DNA of 64,000 nt, taken from NCBI GenBank assembly GCA_013239625.1, contig MU053810.1, forward strand, positions 4,186,071 to 4,250,070, in the 5' to 3' direction. The notes under the pieces were generated by a model. The model searched no databases and had not been told where the DNA came from. It worked only from the letters and a program-made list of their open reading frames with translations. The position numbers and the translations under genes are program-made. Positions 32,370-46,330 of the stretch are shown in pieces (position 1 is the stretch's first letter; each line of letters starts with the position of its first letter). This DNA is from Lama guanicoe (taxonomy: Eukaryota).

Positions 32370-32715
32370 ACTGAGAATAACCCAGTGGCTGTGGTTCAGG
32401 AAGGAGATAAGAGGCTAACAATCTCAGAAGAATGGGCGGACCCTCCGGAGTTCCTCCTGAAGATTCATGGAGGTTAAGAGGAATGGAGCACCCTGTTAAA
32501 TGCCCAATTGTTATAACCTTTTCTGTTCCATCTAGTTTTTGTACAAAATCGCAGGACCCCAACCCCAAGAAGGGCTCACAGTCTTAAAGACACGAGCCTG
32601 CAGTGACTTCCTTTGCCAGGTGAAGCAATAAAGTCTCTCTTTTCTCTGCTCCCAAAACTCGGACTCCAAGTTTGAATCCACTTCTCGGGGTGCAGAGGCC
32701 GATTTTTTGGAAACA
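32370..32715 (+). mobile_element. Probable ERV solo LTR (5' edge uncertain)
   Basis: LTR-like R/U5 text with 'gcaataaagtctctcttttctct' (AATAAA near 32627), a CpG-containing U5 and terminal '...ttttggaaaca'. Confidence 0.55.
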
Positions 32716-35700
32716 AGCCCTGATTTATTGTTTCTAGTTTCCCTTCTCTCTGTGTCCTTGTGTAAAGAACTTGTTTCGTTTCCATCAATGATGTAGAGTT
32801 TTATTTTTTCCTTCCTGGAACCCTTGATGGGTTTAGAAATGTAATAAAGAGAGTGGAAGGTGAAAAGAAAAACAGACATGGGCTGGAGATACGGACATAA
32901 TTGATTGATTTGTAAATTCATTTCCTCATTCATCAAACTGTTATCAAGGGTATTATGTACCAGGCATTGCTGTAGACTCGGGAGATTCAAAGCTGAGGGG
33001 GGAACAATCAAAGTCCCGGGGTCCACTAGGGAAGGTGAGTGTCAGGAATACAGAGGAACTACAAAGATGTGTCTAACTTTCCCTGGGAAAAGATGATTTC
33101 CAGAAACCCAGAGGCATCTCTGTTTCCAGGTGTATTGGGTGTGCTGTCCTTAAACTTGGGTGACTGGCACCTTGTCCTGGCTCCTGCTCTTTAGGGGATG
33201 TCACTCTGGCAAGAGGTCTGTAAGGGCTGGGGGACCTGCCAACCTGGAGCCCAAGCCCCCTGTGCACCAGGTATGGGGGACCTCGGCATGCCTGCTCAGA
33301 TGACCCCCAAGTTCACTTCTGAGGTCCATGCAGACCTCCTCCCCTGGCCGTTCCCTTGAGGGTGGGAAAGCAGGGTGGCTATAACCATCTCTAAGCCTAA
33401 GCTTGGCCCAGCGGGTGGCTTTTTGCTGAGGGTGTAGTTGCACTCTGACATCCGCCAGGGCTGTCCACATCCTGCCCGCCGCACTGGTCCCAGAGGGAAC
33501 CAAGGAGTGGAAGAAAAAGGGGGATGGGGTGCAGGCTGGGGGCTCACAGTCTTCCTCTGCTGCTGTTTCCCATGTGAGACTCAGAGGAGCCTGAGAATTC
33601 TAAAGTCACCCCTGGTCTCCACGTCCTTTAAGCAGTTATGCTTGTGAAGATAGATCACTTGAGCACATCTAACAGTTTATGAGCTTGATTTATTTGTAAG
33701 TTTTCTTCTTCATCCATGTGATATAGGTGCTTCCATTTCTGCTCTTGACGGGGCCCCACGAGTGTAAAGGGTGGACACCATGCAGCCTGTGATGCTGGGG
33801 AGACAGACTGCAGTCGAAGGATGAAGGTCTTGACTTATCATGCCAAGTAGCAACACACAGCTAACAGACATTTTTAAGAGTCACCCAATAAGATGAGTTT
33901 TATAAAAGACAACTCGGGGGACAAGGTGAGGTGTGAGCTGGGCTGGCCTTCAGGCAATGAGTGGGTTAGACTCTGTTGCAGGTGGTTGGCTCACAAAGGA
34001 TGAGGCAGTGCAGGTGCAGGTGGGATGACGCAGAGGATCTGGATCTGAGGGACATTTACGAGATCGAGTCAGTGAGCTCTGCTGCTTGATAGGTTAATGG
34101 AGGGAGTGACTGAATGGGAGATGGGGAGTTAGAGAAACAGCACTCAGGAGAAATTAGGATGACTTACTTTGTTGTCTAGGAAACTGTGAGGATGGCGAAG
34201 CCTTTGGTGGAGATGGGAAGGCAGAGAGGGTTTGTGGGGGGAGACAAGTTCTGGTGCAGGTACCCTAAATTGGAGGGTCTCTAAGACATCCAGGGCTGGG
34301 TGCGTGGCAGATGCTGGGTGACATGGAGCAGAAAGGTCAGAGCTGCACGTAGACCTTTTTCCTTCCTCACCGCCAAGCCACACATGCACTGTAGCGCGTG
34401 TGACTTGATCAACATTTCCAAACAAATGAATGACCATTAATGATCAGTTTGACTAAACAGACTAAATGTTTGATTTAAGTTAAGAATTTAAACTTAGTTG
34501 ATGATGGGTTCAAGATTTTAGGTCATTCTAGTATTTCACATTACACGGAACTTCAGGATGATTAAATTAACTATCTAGATGTATTGCATTAAAATGGGAT
34601 AAATCTGCATTTTCTCCCTTCAATATGACCAATTTGTAGTGCATGACATGTGCATCACAGACTTTCCCTCCTGGTCAGTGGCTTCTCTCTGTATTTTATG
34701 TATTCTTAATGTAAACCATTTTATGTTGTAACCCTGTTAACTTCTATAACTTGTATAACTATAAAACATAATTGTCCCACAGACATAACAGAAAATGTTA
34801 TGAAAGGAACATTAAATCAAAATGACTTTCATTGAGAAGGGTAAAGAACTCTAATGATTTCTTTTAAAATTATAGGGCAGGTCATGTTCAGAAAAGAATC
34901 AAATATTAAGTAGAGGAATTAATTACATTGGATCTGTGCCTAGATCCTTGAGAGACATCGAAGATGATAACCCGGTTTCCTCTGAACTGGAATCCACATC
35001 ATGTCTCCTTGGTGTAGCCTCCCTCCCAGTAAGCCTGAGTCTTCAGATTCCTCCCCAAAGGACATTGGTGATGGTGTAGTTTATAACTTGATTCTTTAAG
35101 GAATTTAGTCAATGTTAACTTGATGAACTTTGGGGAACTACTTTAAATATTCCCAATATTTAAAATGTTTCATCTATGAACTAACTCTTTTCTAATCTCC
35201 AGAACACTCTGCTCCATGGTCAGTGAGGTTATACAACCCAGATTTTCAAAGAAGATAGAGTCGTTTCTGACCATGGTAATGGCTATAACACTTGGTATTA
35301 AGCCAGGACCTTACGTTCCCTTGGCACCCTCAGAATGACGCTCTGTTTCTCTGAGTTATTCCTGGGTTTCCAGGGTTATTCCTTTAGAAGATTATGTTGT
35401 CAGCAATTCAACTAAATCAAATTAGACCAAATAATCTCAACAAATTTTTTCATCTATGAAGATGCAGATGACGCTATCCCTGAGCCTAATTATTAGTTTA
35501 TTCACACATTTACTTCATATGTTTATTCATAATATCATCAGACTCTTCTCCCAGGTTACAATTGTTTATACCATAAGGGGCGTTCTTGGCTATAGATATT
35601 ATCTGAGGTGAATATGAATATTAATAAAATCTAAAGACCTATTATTATTTTAAGATGTATAGGCAGGATTACTGGAAAAAATACATAGTATGTGTCCTGA

Positions 35701-36410
35701 ATGGTATGACTATGGTACTTTTTCTTTCTTTATACATATCTTCTATTTCCCCAAAATTCCCCAATGAACACATGATTCTTATATTTGGAATAAGGAAATA
35801 TTTTATTTTATAAGAAAAATGACGCATGGTCATATATGGATGAGGAACAGGGGAGTGAGGTCACAGGAGGGCACATGAAGGCTTCCGTGCATGCACACTC
35901 ATACATTCACTAAAAGGAAATAATAAAGCCAAGAAAAATGGAAAAAAGGAGAGCAACTGTCAATTGTCTTGCCATTCCTGTAGAATGGAAAGGAAGTTGA
36001 ACTACAGAAAATACTTGCTTTCTGTCTGTCTCTTTAAAATGTCACTGACTACGTGTCTTAACCAAAGATGTATTTGTGGCAGGTAGAAGCATCCATTGCT
36101 GCATAAGAAACATTTTTACTTCATAATTGGAAGAGGTACCGATACAATTTCTTTTTGGTATCATTAAAGATTGAAGCATATAGAGAAAAATGAAATAGTC
36201 ATGAGCCCGCAGTCCAGCTTTTTCAAAACCTGGCAACTTGCTAGATTGCTTCAGATATTGTATTGGTCTTGTCAAGTAGAATATTTACAACTTTATTGTG
36301 GGGAAAGAGGGAAGACTTCAGGTCTGCCCTGATGGAGGCTGTTGGCATGGGGACATTGTGGGTGGGCAAACCAGAAGTGAGGCATCCTCTGTGATTGGTT
36401 AGGAGTACAT

Positions 36411-38298
36411 TTTTTTAAACTTTTTTTAATTGAGTTATAGTCATTTTACAATGTTGTGTCAAATTTCAGTGTAGAGCACAACTTTTCAGTTATATGTGAA
36501 CATACATACATTCATTGTCACATTTTTTTCACTGTGAGCTGCCACAAGAACTTGTATATATTTCCCTGTGCATACAGTATAATCTTGTTTATCTATTGTG
36601 CATATGCCTGTCAGTATCTACAAATTTTGAACTCCTAGTCTGTCCCTTCCCATCCTCCGCCCCCTTGGCAACCACAGGTTTGTATTCTATGCCCATGAGT
36701 CTGTTTCTGTTTTGTATTTATGTTCATTTTCTTTTTTTTAGATTCCGCATATGAGCGATCTCATATGGTATTTTTCTTTCTCTTTCTGGTTTACTTCACT
36801 TAGAATGATGTTCTCCAGGGACATCCATGTTGCTGCATATGGCATTATGTTGTCATTTTATGGCTGAATAGTATTCCATTGTATAAATATACCACATCTT
36901 CTTTATCCAGTCATCTGTTGATGGACATTTAGTCTGTTTCCATGTCTTGGCTATCGTAAATAGTGCTGCTATGAAAACTGGGTCTTTTTGAAGTAGGGTT
37001 ACTTCTGGATATATGCCCAGGAGCGGGATTCCTGGGTCATCTGGTGAGTCTATTCCTAGTCTTCTGAGGAATCTCCATGCTGTTTTCCACAGTGGCTGCA
37101 CCAAACTGCATTCCCACCAGCAGTGAAGGAGGGTTCCCTTTTCTCCACAGCCTCTCCAGCATTTGTCATTTGTATACTTTTGAATGATGGCCATTCTGAC
37201 TGGTGTGAGGTGATACTTCTTCATAGTTTTGATTTGCATTTCTCTGCTAATTAGTGACATTGAGCATTTTCTCATGTGCCTATTGATCATTTGTATGTCT
37301 TCATTGAAGAATTGCTTGTTTAGGTCTTCTGCCCATTTTTGGATTGGGCTGTTTGTTTTTTTCTTATTATGTTGTATGAGCTGCTTATGTATTCTGGAGA
37401 TCAAGCCTTTGTCGGTTCCATCATTTGCAAAATGTTTCTCCTATTCCGTAGGTTGTCGTTTTGTTTTACTTATGGTTTCCTTTGCTGTGCAGAAGCTTGT
37501 AAGTTTAATTAGGTCCCATTTGTTTATTCTTGCTTTTATTTCCATTGCTTGGGTAGACTACCCTAGGAGAACATTTTTGAGATGTATGTCAGATAATGTT
37601 TTGCCTATATTTTCTCCTAGGAAGTTTATTGTATCTTGTCTTATGTTTAAGTCTTTGATCCATTTTGGGTTGCTTTTTGTGTATGCTGTAAGGGAGTGTT
37701 CTAGCTTCATTGATTTACATGCTGCTGTCCAGTTTTCCTACCATTTGCTGAAGATACTGTCTTTATTCCATTGTATATTCTTGCCTCCTTTGTTGAAGAT
37801 TAGTTGACCAAAAGTTTGTGGGTTCATTTCTGGACTCTCTATTCTGTTCCATTGGTCCATATATCTGTCTTTGTACCAATGCCATGCTGTTTTGATTACT
37901 TTAGCTCTGTAGTATTGTCTGATGTTTGGGAGAGTTATTCCTCCAGACTCTTTCTTTTTCGTCAGTAATGTTTTTGCAATTCTAGGTCTTTTGTGGTTCC
38001 ATATAAATTTTATTATGATTTATTCTAGTGAAATATTTCCTGGGTAATTTCATAGGGATTGCATTAATCTGTAGATTGCCTTGGGCAGTATGACTGTTTT
38101 AACAATACAGATTCTTCCAATCCAGGAGCATGGGATATCTTTCCATTCTTTAAATTCTTCTTCAATTTCCTTCATCAGTGGTTTATAGTTTTCTGTGTGT
38201 AAGTCTTTCACCTCCTTGGTTAGATTTATTCCTAGGGATTTTATTACTTTGAGTGCTATGTTAAAGGGGGTTGTTTCTTTACTTTATTTTTCCATGGA
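36411..38298 (-). mobile_element. Younger 5'-truncated L1 with 12-bp TSD
   Basis: ORF 36853-37404(-) is the L1 ORF2 C-terminus ([11 protein letters not shown]...[18 protein letters not shown]...[18 protein letters not shown]). T-rich tail starts at 36411. TSD TTAGGAGTACAT at 36399-36410 and 38299-38310. Confidence 0.95.
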
Positions 38299-41200
38299 TT
38301 AGGAGTACATATTTGGCTTTCTTTGCTTGGTTCTAAGTTGAAAGCAGGACAAAAATTAGGGAAACTGTCAATTATTAATCAAATCCTTGCCATTTGGGGC
38401 CAAAGTTGTTGTGTGGCCTCCTGGATTATTACTAAAGGTAGCTGTCCAGCTTCCTGAAAGTTTGACTTAAACCAGGCTGGTTTCCCAGGCTGTTTATTGG
38501 AGATAAGGGGTCAGTTTCCTGGGCAGATGGGTGCAGGTTGTGGGTCAGAGTTCTGTTTCTGTATGTGGCCTGGCCATTGTCCGTTTGTGTTTTGTGAGTC
38601 TTTCATGATACTCAAACCTCAAATTTATTCATGTTTACCCGATGAATAGTATTTCATTGTGTGACTACAATAATTTATTTATCCGTTCTCCAACTGATAG
38701 ACTTGGACTCCAGCTTTCTACCATCATGAACAGTGCTGCAATCAATATTCATGTCTACTTGTAGAAGAAATACTTCTACTCAGTGCTTCATGCCATGACT
38801 TTGCTGCTCTATGTCTGCTTTCTATTTGGGGATCAGAAGGAAATGATGAATTTTTATAACTCGTGTCTTTTCCTTTGGTCAAATCTCATGTACTATATAC
38901 TTTGAGAGCTGAATCAAAGATCACTAGAATTAGTAAACACTGCCCAGGACTTCCGGAGCCTAGAGAGGGAGGCCAAAAAATCACATTTGCCTGGCGTTTA
39001 AATGCTTATGATTTAAAAATAAAAATCACTTTTGCTGCATCTGCAGGATGCAAATTCCACCTCCTTTTCTTCCTCTCTCCCTCCTCTTCCTTCATCTGGA
39101 ATTAGTAAGGATGGCAACTTATGCCCTTCACCAGGATGGGAATCTCTTTAAGCTAGTCATTATAAATAGCCTCCAATGTTGCTTATTCAGGACATTATAT
39201 CACATAAAGCTCAGTCAGTGTGAATGTTTACGGTCAAGGCCAGGTGACTAATAGATACTTAACTAGAAGTTAAATTGACCGCAAGTTCTAAGATGAACCC
39301 CTGCTATTGAATAATTGTCAACGTTCTTATTTTATTTTTACCCTCTCCTTTGAAAGCTCTACTGTGTATTGAATATTAATATTGTAATAGAGTCTTTTAT
39401 GTGTATATGCTTTTTAGGATTTTTATAGCTCTTCTTTTCACTCCAGATAATCACTTAATGGGCACTCATGTGAATAGTATTTATTTCAAAGAAATAGTAA
39501 AAATTAAAAAAAAAAACTAATAGAAAAAAAATAGAGAGTTGCATCCTTCCTTTTGTGATCAAGTTTTAAAATCCCAATCTCTTAATTTACAAGCCTGTTC
39601 CCTTTTGTATATCCCACTGCCTCCGTTATTTCTTGCCTGGATTTAAAAACAAAAAGACACTTGTTAACAAATCTTTCTGTCCCTGGGCTTACCCCTCTGG
39701 CCTATTTTTTCCAACTGTGTGATCAGAATGATCTCTCAAAAATGAAAATCTAATTATCCTCCTGCTTAAAATCCATTAAGGCTTCTTATCATTTGTAGGA
39801 TAAAGTAACAACTGCTTATTCTGGTGTGAAAGGCCCTGAATGCATCTTCTCTGAGCCTCCCTGCTGGTAGTCCCATTCTCGACCTACACCTGGGGGTTCC
39901 CAAAGATGCTGCAAGGCCCTGGACCTTTGCCTGGAATATTCCTCCTTCCCCTGTTTATCTGACCAACTCATCTTTCAGGACTTGCCTCCAGAGTGTCTTC
40001 CTCTATGAAGCTGTTCCAGAGTCTGCTCCCTTGCCCACAGATGCAGGAGCCCCCTCCTCTCTCTTTTGTAATTAAGAACGTGTTTGCCTCCTCCGTTAAA
40101 CTGTGGGTTCTTTGAGAGCAGGGACTGTCTTAAAACGCTAATCTATTTTGCTTTTTCAGTTCTGAATTTAAATTTTAAAAATATGTAAACATGTGTAAGT
40201 GCGTACAAATATATTTATACATATATATCCCTGGCTCCTCTCTGCCACTTGTTTTTTGAACTTGGGCCTGTTATTTTACATCAGGACTTCAGTTTCCTCA
40301 TTAAAGAGTTGAGCTAGTTGGGTTTGGGGACTTTGGAGGAGTCATTAAAAATCTCAACCTAGGATCCACCAAAAATAAGATCATTTCTCTTAACTCCTTT
40401 TTCTGTCCTTAGCACCCCTCAAAATGCATAACTCAGTTCATGTCTGTTGGAATAACTTGAAGGAAGAAAGGGAGGAAAGAGGAAGGAGAGAGGGAGCGAG
40501 GAAGGGAACATGCAATGATGCCAAGTGTTTCTTGGGATCCGCACGGGGGAGGGGGATACCTGAACAACGTGGAATTCTGTTGAAAGAGAGAAAAAAGGAA
40601 GAAACTGATGATGGGTAGGCAACTAACAATGTCCATACCAAAATGTCTTGTAGGATACAAACAAATCAGGCTTGCAACTTGCCCCCAAAGGGCTTTCTCT
40701 GTAGTGAAGGAAATTAAAACAGGTGTCTACACAGAATTGCAAAGCAAGTGGTGTCTGGGACAATAGGCCTTCTGTAAAAGTCCACTGATGAATAAATAAA
40801 TGAACAAATGGATGTACAGATGAAGTTCTTATGGGACTTCAAAGGGGAGTAAATTTCATGTAGCCAAAAGGCTCTGGGAAGGGAAGAATAATACAACCTT
40901 GGACTTGAGGAACCGGGAGGTTTTGCATAACATGAATAAGAGGCAGGGGTTTGGGGTAATGAGAGGATGGGGAGGGATACAGTCCAGGTAGAGTGAAGAG
41001 TGAAGAGGAGTGCAGGGGAACTGGGATTAATCCAGATTGGCCAAAAAACTCAGTTTTGATGGCTCACAGGGAGGGGGGGGCCACTCTATCATTACAAATC
41101 TAACAACTTAGACACACCTTATTCTCGTCTTGGCTTTTCTACTGTTATGATACTCATCAAACACTATTTCTACTTCTCCAAAAGCTTAAACACATTCAGA

Positions 41201-44029
41201 GGCAACCAAAAGAACATTAGTCAAAATAGTGACAGTAACTTGTAACTCCGACCTTGTTAAACGCAATGTGGGGACTAGGAAGTGCGCTCCCTAGCGTGGT
41301 GGTGGCGGTTTTCACAGCCTTGTTCCCTAAGGAAGGAATGAAAGTACCTCATCCAGAGTGAACTAGAGGCTAAATGAGGTGCTAAGATCAGCAGACACAG
41401 CGAACCCAGGTCAGGCACTGAAACGTGGCTGCACCTGCTCCCGTGGAATTGCACCTTCTGCTTGTGCTGCTCAAAATTCTCAATGCCTGTGGAGAAAGAA
41501 TATTTTCCAGTCATCAAAGCTTAACCTTTAATGGTCATGACAGCTATCTTTGCGTGCTGCTCACAGGTCCTCGACAGAGGAGATTGAGTATGACAATGAG
41601 AAAGGGGAAAAATGTCTTCTGTTTTATAGACATTTAAAAAATGTTAGAGGGCAAGAACATGATCTTTTTCTTTCTAGTAGCATTTTAAAATTTAAAGTGG
41701 ATCTCTGAATCATTTTTGTGTGTGTTATAAGCAATCATATAAAAGATAGTAAAATGGGAACTTCCATATTTTTTTTTAAAAAACAATTTCCTCATCTTTA
41801 TGAATTATCTCATATTTCCAAATGTTCACTATTCACATTGACTCTCTGGGGTAATTTAAATATAGAATTTGATAAATGGAAAATCCTCTTGTTAGACAAC
41901 AGAATGAGAATATATGAGCTTCTAAAAGATTTATGTTATTTAACTTTCAGTAAATACTGGTTACCTGATGCTATGTCTGGTACCAGGCTGGACATTGGGG
42001 ATATAATAGTACAGAAACTTCTTTGACAGTGTCATTGGAGGGTCAGGAGAAGCAAGCCAGGTCTCACAATTCTGGACCATGTCAATATAGTGGTAAACAC
42101 ACATTTCTTCAGGAGCTTGCAGGAAGGCACTTAACCCAGTCTTGAGGGTCAAGGAAGGATCCTAGAAGGCCATTGAAGTAGAGTAAATCAAAAGAGGTAA
42201 CTAGGGTTGGAGGTAATGTTCTTGGACAGAAGGAACAGCATATTTCAGAGGCTCCGAGGTGAGAGAAAGCAATCTTGCAAGGGCTGTAGCAAGGAGTCAT
42301 GAGAAGACCAAAGCAAACCAAACCAAAATCCATCACGCCACCCAGCTTCCATATTCAATGTGCAGTAAGCACATTGTATTTCTGAAACAGAGATAGCCTT
42401 CCTTGACTGGTATTTCTTTTCTAAACTGATTGGTGAAACATATAATTAAAAAAAAATGTTAATCTACTGGAATTCCTTCTGGAGTATAGTCTTTAGGACA
42501 GAAATTTGTGAAAAGTCTGTTTGCTTGTGTTGAGTTTTGTCCTTGACAAACGCTTTTTTAAACATAATTGGTTATTTGCAAACAAGTAAGATCCCTTTCC
42601 ACACCCTTTGTAGGTAGCCCAGTGGGAGAAACTTGGAATATCTGTGCGGGAATTCCTCTTGGAATTTCGCAGCCCCAGTCCACTCAGGAGGCCACCAAGT
42701 TCAAGACGGAGGAAGCACTTTGCCCAAGTCACTTAGCCTCCGGGGCAAGAGTGATCTGTCTACAGCTTAGGTTTCTAAATTCCCCCTGGGGTGCTGTTCC
42801 CCTAACACCTGAAGTTTAGTCCTAAATTTTCCAGCAGAGGCTTTGTAGGGATCTGCTAATTCTTTTGTAAAGTGTCTAGTGTGACATTATCCTTGGCATT
42901 GCCCTCCCTCCTCCCCATGCGGAGCTTTCAGTTAATTAATGAAAGGTCAGGTGACAAATGATTCATTTTCTGATGGGATTTTTGCTCTGAGTTGTTGAAC
43001 GTGATTATGTGTGCACATTTTGGGGACAGTGGTTTCTTTACAGTGCTCATTTACATGGCTAATTACCGCATGTGGCACTTGTGAGCCAGCTCTGTCGGGT
43101 AGGGGCAGGACAGGGACAGGGAGAAGCCACCAAGGACATAACGCAAAACACCCCAATTAGGCTGTTTCCTGACTGAACGATTAGAGGCTCATTTTAAATA
43201 AAGCCAAGTGACTCGTTATTACAATTCTCAAGGTCCTTTTGTTTGATGCTTCAGATGGCTAGAGAACTTGGTGACATTAAAGAGATGAGCTGCAGGTCAC
43301 AGGGGACAATTTTTGATAAATTTCTTTACAATGTGATGGGGTAAATGAACTCTCCATTACAGATAAAATGTCAGGCTCTTTTTGCATCTCTTTGATTTTT
43401 AATAAAGCTCTTACTGAGACCAAATGAGAAACCCTTTTTTTCCCCTGTTTCCCTTCCTTTGCCAAAAAAGTTTATAAGAAAAAGGAGGAAAAACTTTTAT
43501 TTTCTTGAGTTTTTTGTATTTTTATTACACCAGAACAAGTTAAGTCATCCATATTAGAAGCTCGTGATTCTTCCCAGTGTTGGTGACCTTTGTTTTTAAT
43601 CTTTGGTGATTTAAGTTTTGTGTCTTGAATTCTGAAACAGACCACTGTGTGCATAATCTGGGATTATACAGTTCACTAGTCACCTGCAACAGAGAGCAGC
43701 CATTTCTAAACTTCCTTTTCTGTAGACATAGTTCAGAACCTCCTTTGAATGCAGGTTCTAGAATCAGGTGTTTTTGGCTTCCTAGCCTAACTTAGCCTCT
43801 TAACATCTGAAACACAACTGGGTAAATTTACTTAAATTTTCTAAGACTCAGTTTTCTCACTTGTACAATTGGGTGACAATATGTCCACACTAAAACATAA
43901 CAGAGATTCTCTACATCTTTGCCAAGCTGTCATGTGAACACTTGCATGCTGTTAGACAGATACACATATTTTAAGTCAATCTTAGTTACTTTTCTTAGCA
44001 GAGAGTACATCTTTTAAAAAGCTGGGCTT

Positions 44030-44575
44030 AAGACATGGAAACAGCCTAAATCTCCATCAACAGATGACTGGATAAAGAAGATGTGGTATATTTATACAAT
44101 GGAATACTACTCAGCCATAAAAACTGACAACATAATGCCGTTTGCAGCAACATGGATGATCCTGGATGATGTCATTCTAAGTGAAGTAAGCCAGAAAGAG
44201 AAAGAAAACTACCATATGAGATCACTCATATGTGAAATCTAAAAACAAACTAACAAACAAAAAACAAAGCATAAATACAAAACAGAAATAGACTCACAGA
44301 TACAGAATACAAACTTGTGGTTGCCAAGGGGGTGGGGGGGGTGGGAAGAGATAGACTGGGATTTCAAAATTGTAGAATAGATCAACAAGATTATACTGTA
44401 TAACACAGGGAAATATATGCAAGATCTTATGGTAGCTCACAGAGAAAAAAATGTGACAATGAATATATATATATATATATGTTCATGTATAACTGAAAAA
44501 TTGTGCTCTACACTGGAATTTGACACTACATTGTAAAATGATTATAAATCAATAAAACATGTTAAAAAATAAAAA
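44030..44575 (+). mobile_element. 5'-truncated L1 3' end with 14-bp TSD
   Basis: Same 3'UTR family as the 36.4-38.3 kb L1, with AATAAA and an A tail. TSD AAAAAGCTGGGCTT at 44016-44029 and 44576-44589, at a TTTT/AAAA endonuclease site. Confidence 0.95.
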
Positions 44576-45415
44576 AAAAAGCTGGGCTTGTCTTTTTTAA
44601 TTTGCGTGAACTACAGTGTGCTTCATTACTATTTAAATCATTGAACATAATATTGATGACAAAATTAGGGTTTGCCTTTTCACTAGCGGTCAAAGATATA
44701 AAATGGAGCTTTGATTTCTTCTTTTGTTAAAAAAATGTCCACATCTCAGTGTTGTGGTGAGGATTCAATGAGATGAAGTGGATAAAACTCTTAGCAAGGT
44801 ACCTAGCCTATCTAAGAACTCAGTAAATACTATCAAAATATAATGTGACTGGTTATGTAAAATTTTAAAAATTTTCTGGATTGCATTTCCCATTTTAAAC
44901 TTTTGTACCTTTGCTGACCTTGAGTTCCATCACTGAGAAATGGCCAATTTCAGTTATAGGTGCTGAAGCATATGTTTCTCTAACACTTACTAAGCTGCCA
45001 ATAAGTGATCACAGTGGTGATATTTGTAGTAAATGCCATGCAGAAATTTTCTTTTGGTGCAGATAGCTCATTTTAGAAGAATAAATTATATTTTTCCATT
45101 GTACTACCAAGCAAAGTGAGGGAGAATGGATTCTTTATGAGATCTTAAATCTTTTGATAGATAGCTTTCTTTCAAAGGCCTTTTAATTTGGTTTACTGAT
45201 GTAGATATTCTTAAGCTAATAGTAATATGACTTCTGGCCATAATAATAGTCCAGTCTTTGAATGCTGCTTTTAAAAACTTTACATCATGAAAAAAAATTT
45301 AAACATGTACAAAATAAAGTATAATAGGTTTCTATATACATATCACCTAACCTCAACAGTTAACAATACATGGCCAGTGTTTTTTCTATGTTTTATTCTC
45401 CCCCCCGACCCCAGA

Positions 45416-46330
45416 TTTATTTAGATGTAATTAACATATAACATTGTGTAAGATTAAGGTATATAATGGCATGGTTTGATATATGTATATATTGTAAATG
45501 ATTGCCACAGTAATATTAGTATTACTTTCTAATTTGGATGCCTTTTATTTCTTTTTCTTGCCTAATTGCTCTGGCTAGAACTTCTTGCACTATGTTGAAT
45601 AAAAAAAGGCAAGAATGAGCACCTTTGTTTTGCTCCTGATCTTAGAAGAAAAGATTTTCACTATTAAGTATGATGTTAGCTGGAGGATTGTCACATATGG
45701 CCTTTAATATGTTGAGGTATGTTCCTTTTATACCTAATTTGTTAAGAGTTTTTATCATGAACAGATGTTGAATTCTGTCAAATGCTTTTCTGCATCTGTT
45801 GAGATGATCATATGATTTTTTCTACCATTCTATTAATGTGATGTACTTCATTTGTTGATTTGGATATACTGAACCATCCTTGCATCCCAGGGATAAATCC
45901 CATTTGATCATAGTGAATAATCTTTTTAGTGTGCTACTGAATTTGGTCTGCTAGTAAGTTATTGTGAATTTTTGCATCTATATGTGTCAGAGATATAAGT
46001 TTTCTTTCTTGTAGTGTCCTTATCTGGCTTTGGTATTAGGGTAATGCTGGCTATAAAAAGAGTTTGGGAGTGTTCCCTCTTTTTTGAAACTTTGGAAGAG
46101 TTGGAGAAGAATTGGTATTAATTCTTCTTTAAATGTGTGGTAGATTCACCCATGAAGCTGTCTGGTCCTGTGGTTTTATTTGTTGAGAAGCTTTTGATTA
46201 CTGGGTTCAATCTCCTTACTCATTGGTCTTTTCAGATTTTTTTTTAATTTCGCCATAATTCAGTATTTGTAGCTTGTATGTTTCTAGGAATTTGTCCATC
46301 TTCTCAAGGTCATCTAATTTGTTGGCATCA
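45416..46330 (-). mobile_element. Old antisense L1 fragment (3' terminus joined to ORF2 interior)
   Basis: 'ttggatgccttttatttctttttcttgcctaattgctctggctagaac', 'gaaccatccttgcatcccagggataaatccc', 'attcacccatgaagctgtctggtcctg'. Confidence 0.8.

Noticed and set aside
36853..37807. 183-aa and 192-aa ORFs as genes
   Set aside because: They are the L1 ORF2 C-terminus and its antisense frame in a 5'-truncated element.
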